Shown one piece after another: positions 20,432-29,934 of a stretch of DNA of 64,000 nucleotides. Source of the stretch: an uncultured Planctomycetales bacterium (GTDB lineage Bacteria > Planctomycetota > Phycisphaerae > UBA1845 > Fen-1342); contig CAZWYT010000004.1 in assembly GCA_964638325.1 (NCBI GenBank), forward strand, positions 29,308 to 93,307, given 5' to 3'. Made by a program: the position numbers and the translations under genes. The first letter of the stretch is position 1, and every line of letters starts with the position of its first letter. Under the pieces are notes generated by a model that searched no databases, was not told where the DNA came from, and worked only from the letters and a program-made list of their open reading frames with translations.

Positions 20432-21187
20432 ATGGCACTGGGAAAACGCAGCCTCGGGATGAGCCTGGCCGGGCTGGTGGTGCTGCTTGCCGGCCGGCCG
20501 GCACCCGTCGGTGCACAGACGGCGCTGGAGGTCAAGGCGACCGGCAAGAAGACGTTCTACGTCGACGGCCGGGCCGGCAACAACCAGGTCACCGTGCTGA
20601 GCCAGTCGACGCTCGAGGATTTCACCTGCGTTTGCGACAAGGTCATGGGCAAGGGCGAGGTCGACCCCAAGAACATCGAGTCGCTCAGGGGCCGGTTCTC
20701 GCTCCGCGTGGAGGACATCAAAACCGGCATCGACCTGCGCGATCATCACTTGCGCAGCCCGGACTGGCTCGACGCCGCGAAGTACCCCGAAGTCGTGATG
20801 GAGTTCACGGGCATCGAGGACGCCAAGAAGACGGCCCCGAACGAGGCCTCCCTGCTCCTGATCGGCACCTGTGCCGTGAAGGGCAAAACCAACGCGGTGA
20901 AGATCCCGACCACCCTGAGCTTCCTCGACGAGTCGCCCGTCACGATGAAACGCGTCAAAGGCGACTTGCTGCGGGTGCGCTCAGAGTTCAAGCTGAAACT
21001 CTCGGATTATGGCGTGACCGGCCCGCCGGGTTCCGACACGATCGGCCTCAAGGTAGCCGATACGCTCGAGATCAAGGTGACGGTGTTCGGTTCGACCGAG
21101 GCGCCGCCAGCCGCGCTCGAGCCCGACAAGGACGCGCCGGCGACCCAGCCGGTGAAGCCGCCGCCGCCCAAGAAACCGTCGGGCTGA
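20432..21187 (+). CDS. YceI-like periplasmic protein with Pro/Lys-rich C-terminal tail
   Basis: Signal peptide, then YceI-like lipid/polyisoprenoid-binding domain features (DGRAGNNQVTV...LRDHHLRSPDWLDAAKYPEVVMEFTG...IPTTLSFLD). Start at ATG 20432. Confidence 0.65.
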   Translation: MALGKRSLGMSLAGLVVLLAGRPAPVGAQTALEVKATGKKTFYVDGRAGNNQVTVLSQSTLEDFTCVCDKVMGKGEVDPKNIESLRGRFSLRVEDIKTGIDLRDHHLRSPDWLDAAKYPEVVMEFTGIEDAKKTAPNEASLLLIGTCAVKGKTNAVKIPTTLSFLDESPVTMKRVKGDLLRVRSEFKLKLSDYGVTGPPGSDTIGLKVADTLEIKVTVFGSTEAPPAALEPDKDAPATQPVKPPPPKKPSG

Positions 21188-21362
21188 CAAAGGGCCGCCG
21201 AGAGCGCCGAGGTATCGGGGCGCATGGGCTTGCGATTCCAACATCGGTCGCGAGGGACGCTGCGACGATTGGGTGTTCTTTCACAGCCTCCGGCGGAGGC
21301 CGAACCGCTGGTGCTTTCTGCGCTCCGGGCGTCCTTTGCGACGCGATCTTGAGGCGGCCGAG

Positions 21363-22760
21363 ATGAGCGGCTGGACGATACGCGCACAGTGGGTCGCCCT
21401 GGTGGGGGCGGTGTGGCTGGCCGGCGGCTGCGCCACGAATCCGGCGGGACCCAAAGTGGAGTTCCCGCCCGCGCCGCAGTTCCCGCCGGACCATCCATAC
21501 ACGCTCGACGAGCTCATTCAGCTTTCGATTCACCGCAACGCCGGCCTGGATGTAGCCCGCCACGAGGCAGAAGCCGCCCAGGGGCTGGTGGACCAGGTCA
21601 AGGCGCTGTGGCTGCCCTCGGTGCGGTACGACTTCGCCGCCACCGCGTACGACAACGACCTGAATTACAAGGTCCGCGCGTTGCATCTTGCCACCATTAA
21701 CGTGCCGCTCACCGGCTCGTTCAACATCATCAATTCGCTGAACCTGTCGCAGATCGTCGCCACCGGCGGCAAGCGCACCAGCGGGCTCAAGCAGGCCAAG
21801 ATGTACGCCGCGATCAAGCGACTCGAGGTGCAGCGTCAGCAGGACGCGGTCGCGCAGGACGTCACGACCTACTATCAGTTGGTCTGCCTGACCAGCGAGA
21901 TCGACGCGGTTCTGGACGACACGGTGCGGCGGATTCGCGTCTTCCGGCAGGTGGCGGAGAACCTGAACCAGCGCGGCTCGCTGCGGGCCAGCGACCTTGA
22001 TTACCTGCAGGCCGACTACTTCGTGTCGCAGCTCGACCAGTTCCGCCTGGCGCTCCAGACCGGCCGGCACCAGGCCTACACGGCCCTGAAGCAGACGGTC
22101 GGCGTCGGGCGTGACGAGCGGATGTTGCTCAAGTCGGTCGAACTGCCGCCGGCCGTCACGATGCCGGAATTGGTGAGCGCGTATGCCTCGATCGTGAAGG
22201 GCTTTCTCGGCCGGCCCGAAACGCATGAGGTCGATTTGTTCGCCCGGCTGCGGGCCGAGCAGGTCAATTTCGCCAAGGCCCAGTACGCGCCGAACGTGGC
22301 GTTCACGTTCGAGGCGATCAACACGCAGGGCGCGCACAACACGATTCTGAACGCTCTCGACGGCCTGATCGCCGGTTTCATCGTCGACGTGCCGATCTAC
22401 GATCCGGCGCGCCGCGGGAAGCTGCGCGAAGCGCTGGGCCTCGAGCAGGCCGCCCTTGCATTCCAGCGACAGGTCGAGGAGCTGATCACGCTGGAGATCG
22501 AGGTCACCGCGGTCGAAGGCCAGCGCGCCCTGGTGACCGTGTTTCAGGCCGAACGAGCCGAGCGCGTCGCCGCGGCTCATTACGAGGCCGCCCGCCAGGC
22601 CTACAGTCGTGAGTTGGTGCCGGCCTCAGCGGTCGTCACCGCGATTGCCTTCGACATGCTCGCCAAGATTCAGCATTTGCAGGCGGTGTTCGCTTACCAA
22701 AACGCCCGCGCCAAGCTGAACCGCGTGACGGCGGAACGGGAGGCGCCGTATGGCTATTAG
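21363..22760 (+). CDS. TolC-family outer membrane efflux protein
   Basis: Lipoprotein-like N-terminus (LAGGCATN), two tandem halves each with coiled-coil/beta-strand patterns typical of TolC/OprM family (LDELIQLSIHRNAGLDVARHEAEAAQGLVDQVKALWLPSV ...). Confidence 0.7.
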   Translation: MSGWTIRAQWVALVGAVWLAGGCATNPAGPKVEFPPAPQFPPDHPYTLDELIQLSIHRNAGLDVARHEAEAAQGLVDQVKALWLPSVRYDFAATAYDNDLNYKVRALHLATINVPLTGSFNIINSLNLSQIVATGGKRTSGLKQAKMYAAIKRLEVQRQQDAVAQDVTTYYQLVCLTSEIDAVLDDTVRRIRVFRQVAENLNQRGSLRASDLDYLQADYFVSQLDQFRLALQTGRHQAYTALKQTVGVGRDERMLLKSVELPPAVTMPELVSAYASIVKGFLGRPETHEVDLFARLRAEQVNFAKAQYAPNVAFTFEAINTQGAHNTILNALDGLIAGFIVDVPIYDPARRGKLREALGLEQAALAFQRQVEELITLEIEVTAVEGQRALVTVFQAERAERVAAAHYEAARQAYSRELVPASAVVTAIAFDMLAKIQHLQAVFAYQNARAKLNRVTAEREAPYGY

Positions 22761-24321
22761 GCACGACTTCGAGCCGTCCGTAATGCCAACTCGTGGCCGG
22801 CGGAGGCGCCCGATTCGCATTGTGGCACTGGCGGATGGCCGGTGCCCGCACGGGCCACTACCCCGTGCGGCGATTCGGCGGACAGCGGGGCTGTTGATAA
22901 ACGGGTACAGGCACCTCGCCAGCGCACGTTTTCGCCAGCAGCAAACGAGTCGGGCTCGGAGCCAGTCCCCGTTTTTCAACCGTCCTACAGCCCCGCAACG
23001 GTCATGGTGGGTTGCGACATTCTCAGCCATTGCGGCGCTGCTGCCAGCGAGCTGCACGACTCCGTCACCGACGACAACCACACAAACCGCTGCCGCAACC
23101 GCCGCCCCGACCAGCGCCCCAGCTTCACAGCCGACCGTCGTCTACGACACCACCCTGCCACGCCCGGTCCCGCCGCGCGACTGGCTCGAACGCCTCGCCC
23201 AGGACCGGGGGGCCGATCTCCGGCTGATCGATCGTCTGGTCGACCAGCACACCGAGCCGCCGCCATTCGAGCGCAAGTCCCTGCCACCGCGTCCACCCGA
23301 TGCGCAGATCGCCGAGGGCGTCGCACTGCTGGCGGATACGGACCCGTTCGTGCCCGAGCCGGCTCTGGAGCCGAAAGAGGCCACCATTCGCGTGGCCCTG
23401 CTGCGCTCGACCTACAAGACCCGCGAGCGCGAGGAGGTGCTCGCCGCTGCGCAGCCCTTCATCGACCTCGTGCAGCGCGAGGTGAACGTGCGCGGCGCGC
23501 CGGACCTGCTGGAGACGCCCGATGAGGCGTTTTATGCACTCACCGAAGGCAAAGACCAGATGCTCATCAGCCACGTCTTCGACTATCTGCTGATTCATAG
23601 CTGGTTCGCCGACGTACCCAACAACGGGAGCGTGCTCCTCGGCTGGGCCGAGCCCGCCCATGCCCGCACGGCCGACCTCGACCGCAACCTGCCCGGCGTC
23701 CCCGGCACCTCGCTGGAGCTGGTCGTCGCCGCGGACTCGCCGTACGAGAGCTTCGCCGACCTGCGCGGCAAGCGACTGGCCCTGGCGGCCAACGACACGT
23801 GCGGCCCCGGCACGGTCCTCACGCGCCTGCTCGCCGACGCCGGCCAGCCGAAAGACCAGCCCTTCTTCGGCCGCGTGACCTTGCGGCGGTACCCGAAGGA
23901 CGTGGTCATTGACGTCCTCAAGGGTCAGGCGGACGCCGCGTGCGTCGATCAGGGCACGATCGGGGCGGTGACGCGCTTCTACGGCGTGGGCAGCAAGCTG
24001 CGGACACTCGCCGTCTCGCCGCGCTACAACATGGACGTGCTCTACACCAGCGTGAACAACCTCGCCACGCACCGCACGGAGATCGAGCTGACGCAGCGGC
24101 AACTCAACACGCTCGGCAAGAACCCCGAGGGGCAGGAAGTCCTGTTCTTCTTCGACGAGGCCGGGTGGCATTTCTACCGCGAAGGCGACATCCTCGTGGC
24201 CCGCGCGAACTTCGCTGATTTCGTCAAGTTCCTGAACGAGACGCCGGTCGACCTGCGCCCGCTGCTCGACCCGCACGCCCCCGTCGACCGCCACACCTAC
24301 GATCGCTACGGCGACGAGTAG
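22750..24321 (+). CDS. PhnD/SsuA-like periplasmic substrate-binding protein (phosphonate/phosphite-binding fold); true start uncertain
   Basis: C-terminal ~300 aa match ABC-type phosphonate-binding protein architecture (IRVALLRSTYKTRE...GKRLALAANDTCGPGTVLTRLLADAG...ADAACVDQGT). The first ~90 aa are Arg-rich and likely an ORF-caller extension. Lipobox-like LLPASC near aa 100. Confidence 0.5.
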   Translation: MAIRHDFEPSVMPTRGRRRRPIRIVALADGRCPHGPLPRAAIRRTAGLLINGYRHLASARFRQQQTSRARSQSPFFNRPTAPQRSWWVATFSAIAALLPASCTTPSPTTTTQTAAATAAPTSAPASQPTVVYDTTLPRPVPPRDWLERLAQDRGADLRLIDRLVDQHTEPPPFERKSLPPRPPDAQIAEGVALLADTDPFVPEPALEPKEATIRVALLRSTYKTREREEVLAAAQPFIDLVQREVNVRGAPDLLETPDEAFYALTEGKDQMLISHVFDYLLIHSWFADVPNNGSVLLGWAEPAHARTADLDRNLPGVPGTSLELVVAADSPYESFADLRGKRLALAANDTCGPGTVLTRLLADAGQPKDQPFFGRVTLRRYPKDVVIDVLKGQADAACVDQGTIGAVTRFYGVGSKLRTLAVSPRYNMDVLYTSVNNLATHRTEIELTQRQLNTLGKNPEGQEVLFFFDEAGWHFYREGDILVARANFADFVKFLNETPVDLRPLLDPHAPVDRHTYDRYGDE

Positions 24322-24426
24322 TCGCGCGGCGCAAAGCCCCAGGTGCCCGCGCGGGCAAGAGCTGCCCTAAGGCCGGCATGCTTGGAGCGTCCGCTTGAGG
24401 CCATCCGTGCCCATGCCGGCGGCAGA

Positions 24427-25611
24427 TTACGCCACGCGCAGTGCGTCGACCACCGGCATCCGGCTGGCAGCGCGCGCCGGCCAGAAGCCGCCGAGCACGC
24501 CGATCGCAGCTGCGACAGCCAGCGAAAGCGCAAGGTTCGCCCCCGAGAGATCCACGCGGAAAGCAACGGAGGTGAACGTGGCCGATCCCACCAGGTCCTT
24601 GGTCCCCCGATCGAGCAGGATCACCGCGGCGCACGTGGCACAGCCGATCATCCCGCCGACGACCGCAAGGAGCAACGATTCGGTTAGAATCCCGAGCATG
24701 ATGCGCGGGGCGGAGAACCCGATCGCCCGCAGCATGCCGATCTCGTGCGTCCGGCCTGTCACCGCGGCGTGCATCGTGTTCATCGCCGCGAACACCGCCC
24801 CGGCTCCCATGATGAAGACCAGCCCGAGCGCCAGCACCTCGAGCACGCGTGCGTTCGCGCCCTGACTCGCGAAGTAGTCCGGTTCCGGCACTGCCCGCAG
24901 CGCGATGCCCGCGGAGGCGATCCGCTCATTTGCCTCCGCGAGCGCCGTCCGGTCGGCCGATTGCAGCCGCACCGTGGCACTGGAGTACGCCTTGCGCCGA
25001 TATGCGTCGGCCACGTTTGCGAAGTAGCCCCACAGCTCGCTCTCATGGACCCCGCCGGCGGCGCGAAAGATGCCGACGATCGTGAACGTGCGCTCACCGC
25101 ACTCCACTTCGGAGCCGATCGTCGCGTTTGCGAACTGCCGGGCGGCCGCCGCGCCGACGACCAGCTCGTCCGTACCGGCGTGGAACCAGCGGCCCGCGAC
25201 CCGCTCCGTGCCCCCGTGAACCGGCAGCGCCACTTCCGGATCGACACCACGCACGACCACACTCGCGGGCGCGCGCGACGGATCCCCGCGCCGCCAAACG
25301 TTGGTCTGGACGACGAACTCGGGCGACACCAGGGCTTGCCCAGCGGCGTTCCGCGCGACGTGGGGTATGCCCTCCAGCTTGTGTAGATCGTCGCGAAAAA
25401 TCACGCTGTTACTTTCCGCGGTCGCCGCCTCGGCCAGGACGATTACATTGCGCGGATCGCCGCTGCGCGCCAGCGCCCGGCGCAGCCCGTCCGCAAAGCA
25501 CTGCAGATAGCAGAACACCGCCACGACCAGGCCGACCCCCAACACCGTGAATGCGCTCCGCACGCCCCGGATACGGAGATTCTGAAGCTGGTAGCGCAGG
25601 TTCAGGATCAT
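24427..25611 (-). CDS. ABC transporter permease, FtsX/MacB family
   Basis: MILNLRYQLQNLRIRGVRSAFTVLGVGLVV... N-terminal TM, periplasmic domain, C-terminal FtsX 3-TM domain (VTGRTHEIGMLRAIGFSAPRIM...). Confidence 0.7.
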   Translation of the reverse strand: MILNLRYQLQNLRIRGVRSAFTVLGVGLVVAVFCYLQCFADGLRRALARSGDPRNVIVLAEAATAESNSVIFRDDLHKLEGIPHVARNAAGQALVSPEFVVQTNVWRRGDPSRAPASVVVRGVDPEVALPVHGGTERVAGRWFHAGTDELVVGAAAARQFANATIGSEVECGERTFTIVGIFRAAGGVHESELWGYFANVADAYRRKAYSSATVRLQSADRTALAEANERIASAGIALRAVPEPDYFASQGANARVLEVLALGLVFIMGAGAVFAAMNTMHAAVTGRTHEIGMLRAIGFSAPRIMLGILTESLLLAVVGGMIGCATCAAVILLDRGTKDLVGSATFTSVAFRVDLSGANLALSLAVAAAIGVLGGFWPARAASRMPVVDALRVA

Positions 25612-25624
25612 TGGCCCGGGTGCC

Positions 25625-26794
25625 TCATGCTTCTTCCCGCAGGGCCGTCGTCGCGGACAACCGCGCCACGCGCCGCAGCGGCACCAGCCCGGCCAGCATG
25701 CCCACGAGAACGCCGACCCCGACTGCGAGCCCCACGACGGCCGGCGACACGCTCACCAGCGGGAAATAGGGCATACTCAGCCCGGCTGCGGGCGACCCGC
25801 CGAACGCGATCAGTGCCGGGACGCAGCCGAGCAGCGCGCCGCTGAGCCCCAGCAGGGTGGATTCGCCGAGCACGAGCCAAAGAAGGCGCGCGGACGAGAA
25901 GCCCAGCGCCTTGAGGACCGCCAGCTCGCGCGTCCGCTCGCGGATGGTCATCGACATCGTGTTGCCGACTACGAGCAGAATCGACGCCACGACGACCAGC
26001 CCCGCGCTGTTCAGCATCCGCGGAATGTCGCCAAACATCTTCGTGAACTGTGCGACAAAGGACTCCTCCAGCTCCGTCCGGGTTGCGTCCGGCGACTGCG
26101 CGAAGAGCGCATCGATCGCCCCGCGCGCCGCCTCCAGGGCCGCTGGCGTGGCCGTTTTCGCCCAGAAGAAGTTGACGCCGTCATAGTAGTACGGCGGCAG
26201 CTCGGGACCGACTTTTAGCGCGTCCAGCAGGTAGTCCAGCCGCAGCACGAAGAGATTCGGGTATGCCTGTGCTGCCGTCACGCCGACGATGTGGAATTCG
26301 AGCAGCGGATACGGCGGAATGCCGGCCCGCAGCGTCACACGCTGGCCGCGCGTCCAGCCCATCCGCTGGGCCAGTCCAGCGCCCACGATGGCGGCGGTGC
26401 GCTCTGCACGCCACGCGTCCAGCTCAGCGTCGCGCAGCTCGAAGTCGGCATACACGGCGGGAAACGTCTCCGGCTGCGCCGCCAGCGACGGGAACTGTGC
26501 GCTGCCGTTCGGCACGCGTCCGCCAAACCAGCGCACCGCGCAGACCGCTTGCACGCCCGGCACGGCGGCGATCTTCGGCCCGTGCCCCAGCGGCAGCAGC
26601 TTGGTCATCGTGGTCTTCTGCTGTACAACCAGCCGGAGCTGGCTGGCCGACCGGTCCGCGACCGTCTGCATGGACACGACGACGGCCCGCAGCATCGTGA
26701 ACAGGAACAGCGACACCGCGACGGAGCCGATCGTCAGGCCGGTACGGACCTTGTTCCGCCAGAGGTTGTGCCAGATTACCGTGCGGCTGGTCAC
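25625..26794 (-). CDS. ABC transporter permease, FtsX/MacB family (GTG start overlapping PKS stop: GTGA)
   Basis: FtsX domain at C-terminus (IRERTRELAVLKALGFSSARLL...). GTG 26794..26792 overlaps the TGA 26793..26791 of the upstream type III PKS, indicating translational coupling. Confidence 0.7.
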   Translation of the reverse strand: MTSRTVIWHNLWRNKVRTGLTIGSVAVSLFLFTMLRAVVVSMQTVADRSASQLRLVVQQKTTMTKLLPLGHGPKIAAVPGVQAVCAVRWFGGRVPNGSAQFPSLAAQPETFPAVYADFELRDAELDAWRAERTAAIVGAGLAQRMGWTRGQRVTLRAGIPPYPLLEFHIVGVTAAQAYPNLFVLRLDYLLDALKVGPELPPYYYDGVNFFWAKTATPAALEAARGAIDALFAQSPDATRTELEESFVAQFTKMFGDIPRMLNSAGLVVVASILLVVGNTMSMTIRERTRELAVLKALGFSSARLLWLVLGESTLLGLSGALLGCVPALIAFGGSPAAGLSMPYFPLVSVSPAVVGLAVGVGVLVGMLAGLVPLRRVARLSATTALREEA

Positions 26795-27927
26795 GGGCGT
26801 GCGTGGTCGATGTCGAGGAGCACCATCTCGATCGTCAGCCCGGGGCCGAACGCCATCGCGACACACCGCCCCGCGGGCCGGGTCTCGAAGAGCTCCTTCA
26901 TGATAAAGAGAATCGTCGGCGAGGACATGTTGCCGTAGCGCCGCAGCACAGAACGCGACAGCGCCAGCGCATTTTCGGGCAGTTTCAGCGCCTCCTGCAC
27001 GCTGTCCAGGATCTGCGGCCCGCCGGGGTGCACGAGCCAGTGGTCAATCTCCGCGACGGAAGTCCCGTTGTCGGCCAGGCATTTCGTGACGACCCCCGGT
27101 ACGCTCTCAGCCAGGGTGTCCGGCAGGTCCTGCGACAGCTCCAGCCGCAAGCCATGATCGTCCGCAAACCAGACCATCTGCCCGGCCTTCTCGGGCACGC
27201 TCGCGCACCGGCAATCCACGACTCGCACGGCCGAGACCGTCGGAGAAAGCGTCATTGCCGCCGCCCCGTCCGCGAAGAGCACGTTCGCCGTGAGTTGGTC
27301 CAGCCTGTCGGTGTACTGGAAGTGCAGCGACGACAGCTCGCACGCGACGATCAGCGCTTCGCGCTCTGCGTCGGCCATCTGGTGCAGCAGCCGCATCGCC
27401 GCCAGCGCGCCGGAGCACCCCATGAACCCCAGATTCCACCGATCGACGCTCGGCCGCACCGCCGTCCGCGTCAAGACCGGGTGCTCCAGTCCCGGTGCCG
27501 AGGCGTGCGTGCAACTGACCGTCACCAGGGTGTCGACGCGGGCCAGCGACTCGGCCGAGAATCCGTCCAGCACCTTTCCCACCAGCGGCCCCGACACTTT
27601 CTGAAACAGCTCCGTGCGCGCCCCCATGCCCGGACCCCCGGGCTGCTCCGCGGGCGCCCGGTACAATGCTTCCGCGCCGTACGGGCCAAAGCGCGGGTCC
27701 ATCGCCGCCAGGTAACGCCGCTCAATCCCGGTCAGACGAACAATGCGTGGCAATAGTCGCGGCGTACGCGGATCGCGGCACGTGAGCTTGAACAGGTCGA
27801 CCGACTGCTGCGGGCCGAGCGAATGGTCCGGGACGGCGGTGCCGATGTTCTGAACGTAGCAGGCTGTTGTGAGACGCTTACTCAAGCGCAGACCTTTATG
27901 TCCCCGCGTGTACCCAGCTAACGACAT
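26791..27927 (-). CDS. type III polyketide synthase (chalcone/stilbene synthase superfamily; SrsA/alkylresorcinol-synthase-like)
   Basis: Catalytic triad contexts present: GFMGCSGALAAMR (Cys), WLVHPGGPQILD (His), YGNMSSPTILFIM (Asn). Length ~378 aa. Confidence 0.85.
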   Translation of the reverse strand: MSLAGYTRGHKGLRLSKRLTTACYVQNIGTAVPDHSLGPQQSVDLFKLTCRDPRTPRLLPRIVRLTGIERRYLAAMDPRFGPYGAEALYRAPAEQPGGPGMGARTELFQKVSGPLVGKVLDGFSAESLARVDTLVTVSCTHASAPGLEHPVLTRTAVRPSVDRWNLGFMGCSGALAAMRLLHQMADAEREALIVACELSSLHFQYTDRLDQLTANVLFADGAAAMTLSPTVSAVRVVDCRCASVPEKAGQMVWFADDHGLRLELSQDLPDTLAESVPGVVTKCLADNGTSVAEIDHWLVHPGGPQILDSVQEALKLPENALALSRSVLRRYGNMSSPTILFIMKELFETRPAGRCVAMAFGPGLTIEMVLLDIDHARP

Positions 27928-29002
27928 TCGCCAGCGCCGGTCGCGGCAGCACGGCCGGTCCCGCGGCGAGCCAATGGATCAGCCCGCTCCGCAGCACGCG
28001 GCTGATGCAGCGCAAACGCCGCGTCGCCGGACGATGATGGCGGCGCATGAGCAGCGTGTAGTGTCGGAGGACATCGCCAGCACGGCGGCCGGCCGAAATC
28101 GCGCGCGCTGCACACACCCCGCTGCACAACGCCTGCCCGATACCCTCGCCGGAAAACGGCTCCTCGTAACCCGCTGCGTCGCCGACCAGCAGCACATTCC
28201 GGTCGCCGAGCCGCTGCGGCGTCCACGGAAAACCGGCGGTGCCCTTCGCGCCGTACCGCTGGAGCGCCTCCTCGGAGAGCACCGACCAGACCGGCGTGTC
28301 GGGATTCAGGGTTCGCAGCCGCTGCCACGCAGTCTGTCCGCCGGACTCCGGAACCTCGGCCCCGAGCGCGACCACGCAGTGCTCCGGCGCCGGCGTCGCG
28401 AGCCCGACGTATCCGCTCCGCAACCAGTGCATTTCGACGCTGCCGAGCGTGGGCAAGCCCGGCCCCGGCGGCTGAATCCACTGCTGCGCAATCATCCGGC
28501 GTTTCTGCGGCAGACCCTCGATGCCCAGTTTGCCGGCGAGGCCGCCCAGCCCCGACGCGACGAGGATCATCTGCGCCCGAATACGCTCCGCGCCGACCCG
28601 TACCACCCAACGAACGTCTTCGCGCACGAGCTCTGCTGGTTGTCCGTAGCGCGCTGCAGCGCCTCCGGCGGCCGCTGCATCGGCCAGACGCGCGTCGAGT
28701 TCGGAGCGCAGGACCAGGCGCGTCTTGCCGCACGGGCGGCACGTCAGCCGATAAGAGCCGATGACGAAGGTGATGGTTTCGCCTGGCACGCCCGGTAGGG
28801 GCCGGCTCGTGCCCAGTAGTTCCCGCAAGCGCTTCGTCGCGCGCCCGGAAAGGCACCCGCCGCACACCTTCTGGCGAGGGAAGTGCTTTTTCTCGATCAG
28901 CAGCGCGCTCCGCCCGGCGCGCGCCAACTCGATCGCTGCGGCCGAGCCCGCTGGCCCGGCCCCGATGATCGCGACTTCCACGTCCGCCCGGGTTACCGGC
29001 AT
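27896..29002 (-). CDS. FAD-dependent oxidoreductase (geranylgeranyl-reductase/PHBH-fold flavoprotein)
   Basis: VAIIGAGPAGSAAAIELARAG Rossmann GxGxxG at N-terminus, LVGDAAGY motif. 3' end overlaps PKS start by 32 nt. Start at ATG 29002 chosen over 29107. Confidence 0.7.
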   Translation of the reverse strand: MPVTRADVEVAIIGAGPAGSAAAIELARAGRSALLIEKKHFPRQKVCGGCLSGRATKRLRELLGTSRPLPGVPGETITFVIGSYRLTCRPCGKTRLVLRSELDARLADAAAAGGAAARYGQPAELVREDVRWVVRVGAERIRAQMILVASGLGGLAGKLGIEGLPQKRRMIAQQWIQPPGPGLPTLGSVEMHWLRSGYVGLATPAPEHCVVALGAEVPESGGQTAWQRLRTLNPDTPVWSVLSEEALQRYGAKGTAGFPWTPQRLGDRNVLLVGDAAGYEEPFSGEGIGQALCSGVCAARAISAGRRAGDVLRHYTLLMRRHHRPATRRLRCISRVLRSGLIHWLAAGPAVLPRPALANVVSWVHAGT

Positions 29003-29214
29003 TGCTGCTCCTGCGGCGGTGCTGCGGATCCTACGCTCCCGGCCAATGGTTAATGTCCCGACATTATAGGCGCCTTGCATTGCGCCGGGGGCCCGCGTTT
29101 CCCGCACGTGGGCTCACGATTACTCCGGCCAAAGCCTTGGCGATCAGCCGAGACAGTTCCAGAGCAGTGGCGCAAGGTCGCCCGCCCTCAGCAAGTGAGA
29201 CTAGAATCGCAGCA

Positions 29215-29934
29215 ATGGCTTCTGTGTTTGACATCGCGCAGCGTACCCGCGAACCGGAACTCATGGACGACCCCGGCCTGGAAGAGCGCCGCCACCAGTG
29301 CGCCCTGCGCGGGCTGGCACGGATCAACCGCTGGAGCCGTAGCGCCGCGAGCCTTTGGCGTGCGCTCCGCGTCGGGCTTCGCAGGGGTACGGGCGCGGCG
29401 CGCGTGCTGGACGTGGCCACCGGCGCCGGGGACATCCCGATTGGCCTGTGGCGCTACGCGCGCCGGAGGGGGTGGCGGCTCGAGATTGACGGCTGCGATA
29501 CCAGCACGCGGGCGCTGGACTATGCGCGGGCGCAGGCAGCCGCCGGCGGTTCCCGCGTGCGGTTCTTTCAGCTCGACGTGCTGCGCGACGAGCTGCCAAC
29601 CGGTTACGACGCGGTCATCAGCTCATTGTTCCTGCACCATCTTGATGACGAACAAGCGGTGTGCGTGCTCCGCAAGATGGCTACGTCGACCCGGACCCTG
29701 GTCCTCGTCAACGACTTGCGGCGCGACTGGCTCGGGTTCGTGCTGGCGTGGTGCGGCAGCCGCACGTTGACGCGGTCGGACGTCGTCCACGTCGACGCGC
29801 CACGCTCCGTGCAGGCGGCGTTCACGTGGGCGGAGCTGCACGCGCTCGCCGAAGACGCCGGGCTCTCCGGAGCCACCGTGCGGCGTTGCTGGCCGCGCCG
29901 TCTGCTGCTCGTGTGGCGCCGTCCTTTGACGTGA
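29215..29934 (+). CDS. class I SAM-dependent methyltransferase
   Basis: Motif I VLDVATGAGDIPIGL, acidic motif II FQLDVL, motif III ISSLFLHHL. Divergently transcribed from the oxidoreductase-PKS operon. Confidence 0.7.
   Translation: MASVFDIAQRTREPELMDDPGLEERRHQCALRGLARINRWSRSAASLWRALRVGLRRGTGAARVLDVATGAGDIPIGLWRYARRRGWRLEIDGCDTSTRALDYARAQAAAGGSRVRFFQLDVLRDELPTGYDAVISSLFLHHLDDEQAVCVLRKMATSTRTLVLVNDLRRDWLGFVLAWCGSRTLTRSDVVHVDAPRSVQAAFTWAELHALAEDAGLSGATVRRCWPRRLLLVWRRPLT

Noticed and set aside
21072-22580. 502-aa ORF on - strand
   Set aside because: Antisense to the TolC-like gene.
23125-24294. 389-aa ORF on - strand
   Set aside because: Antisense to the PhnD-like gene.
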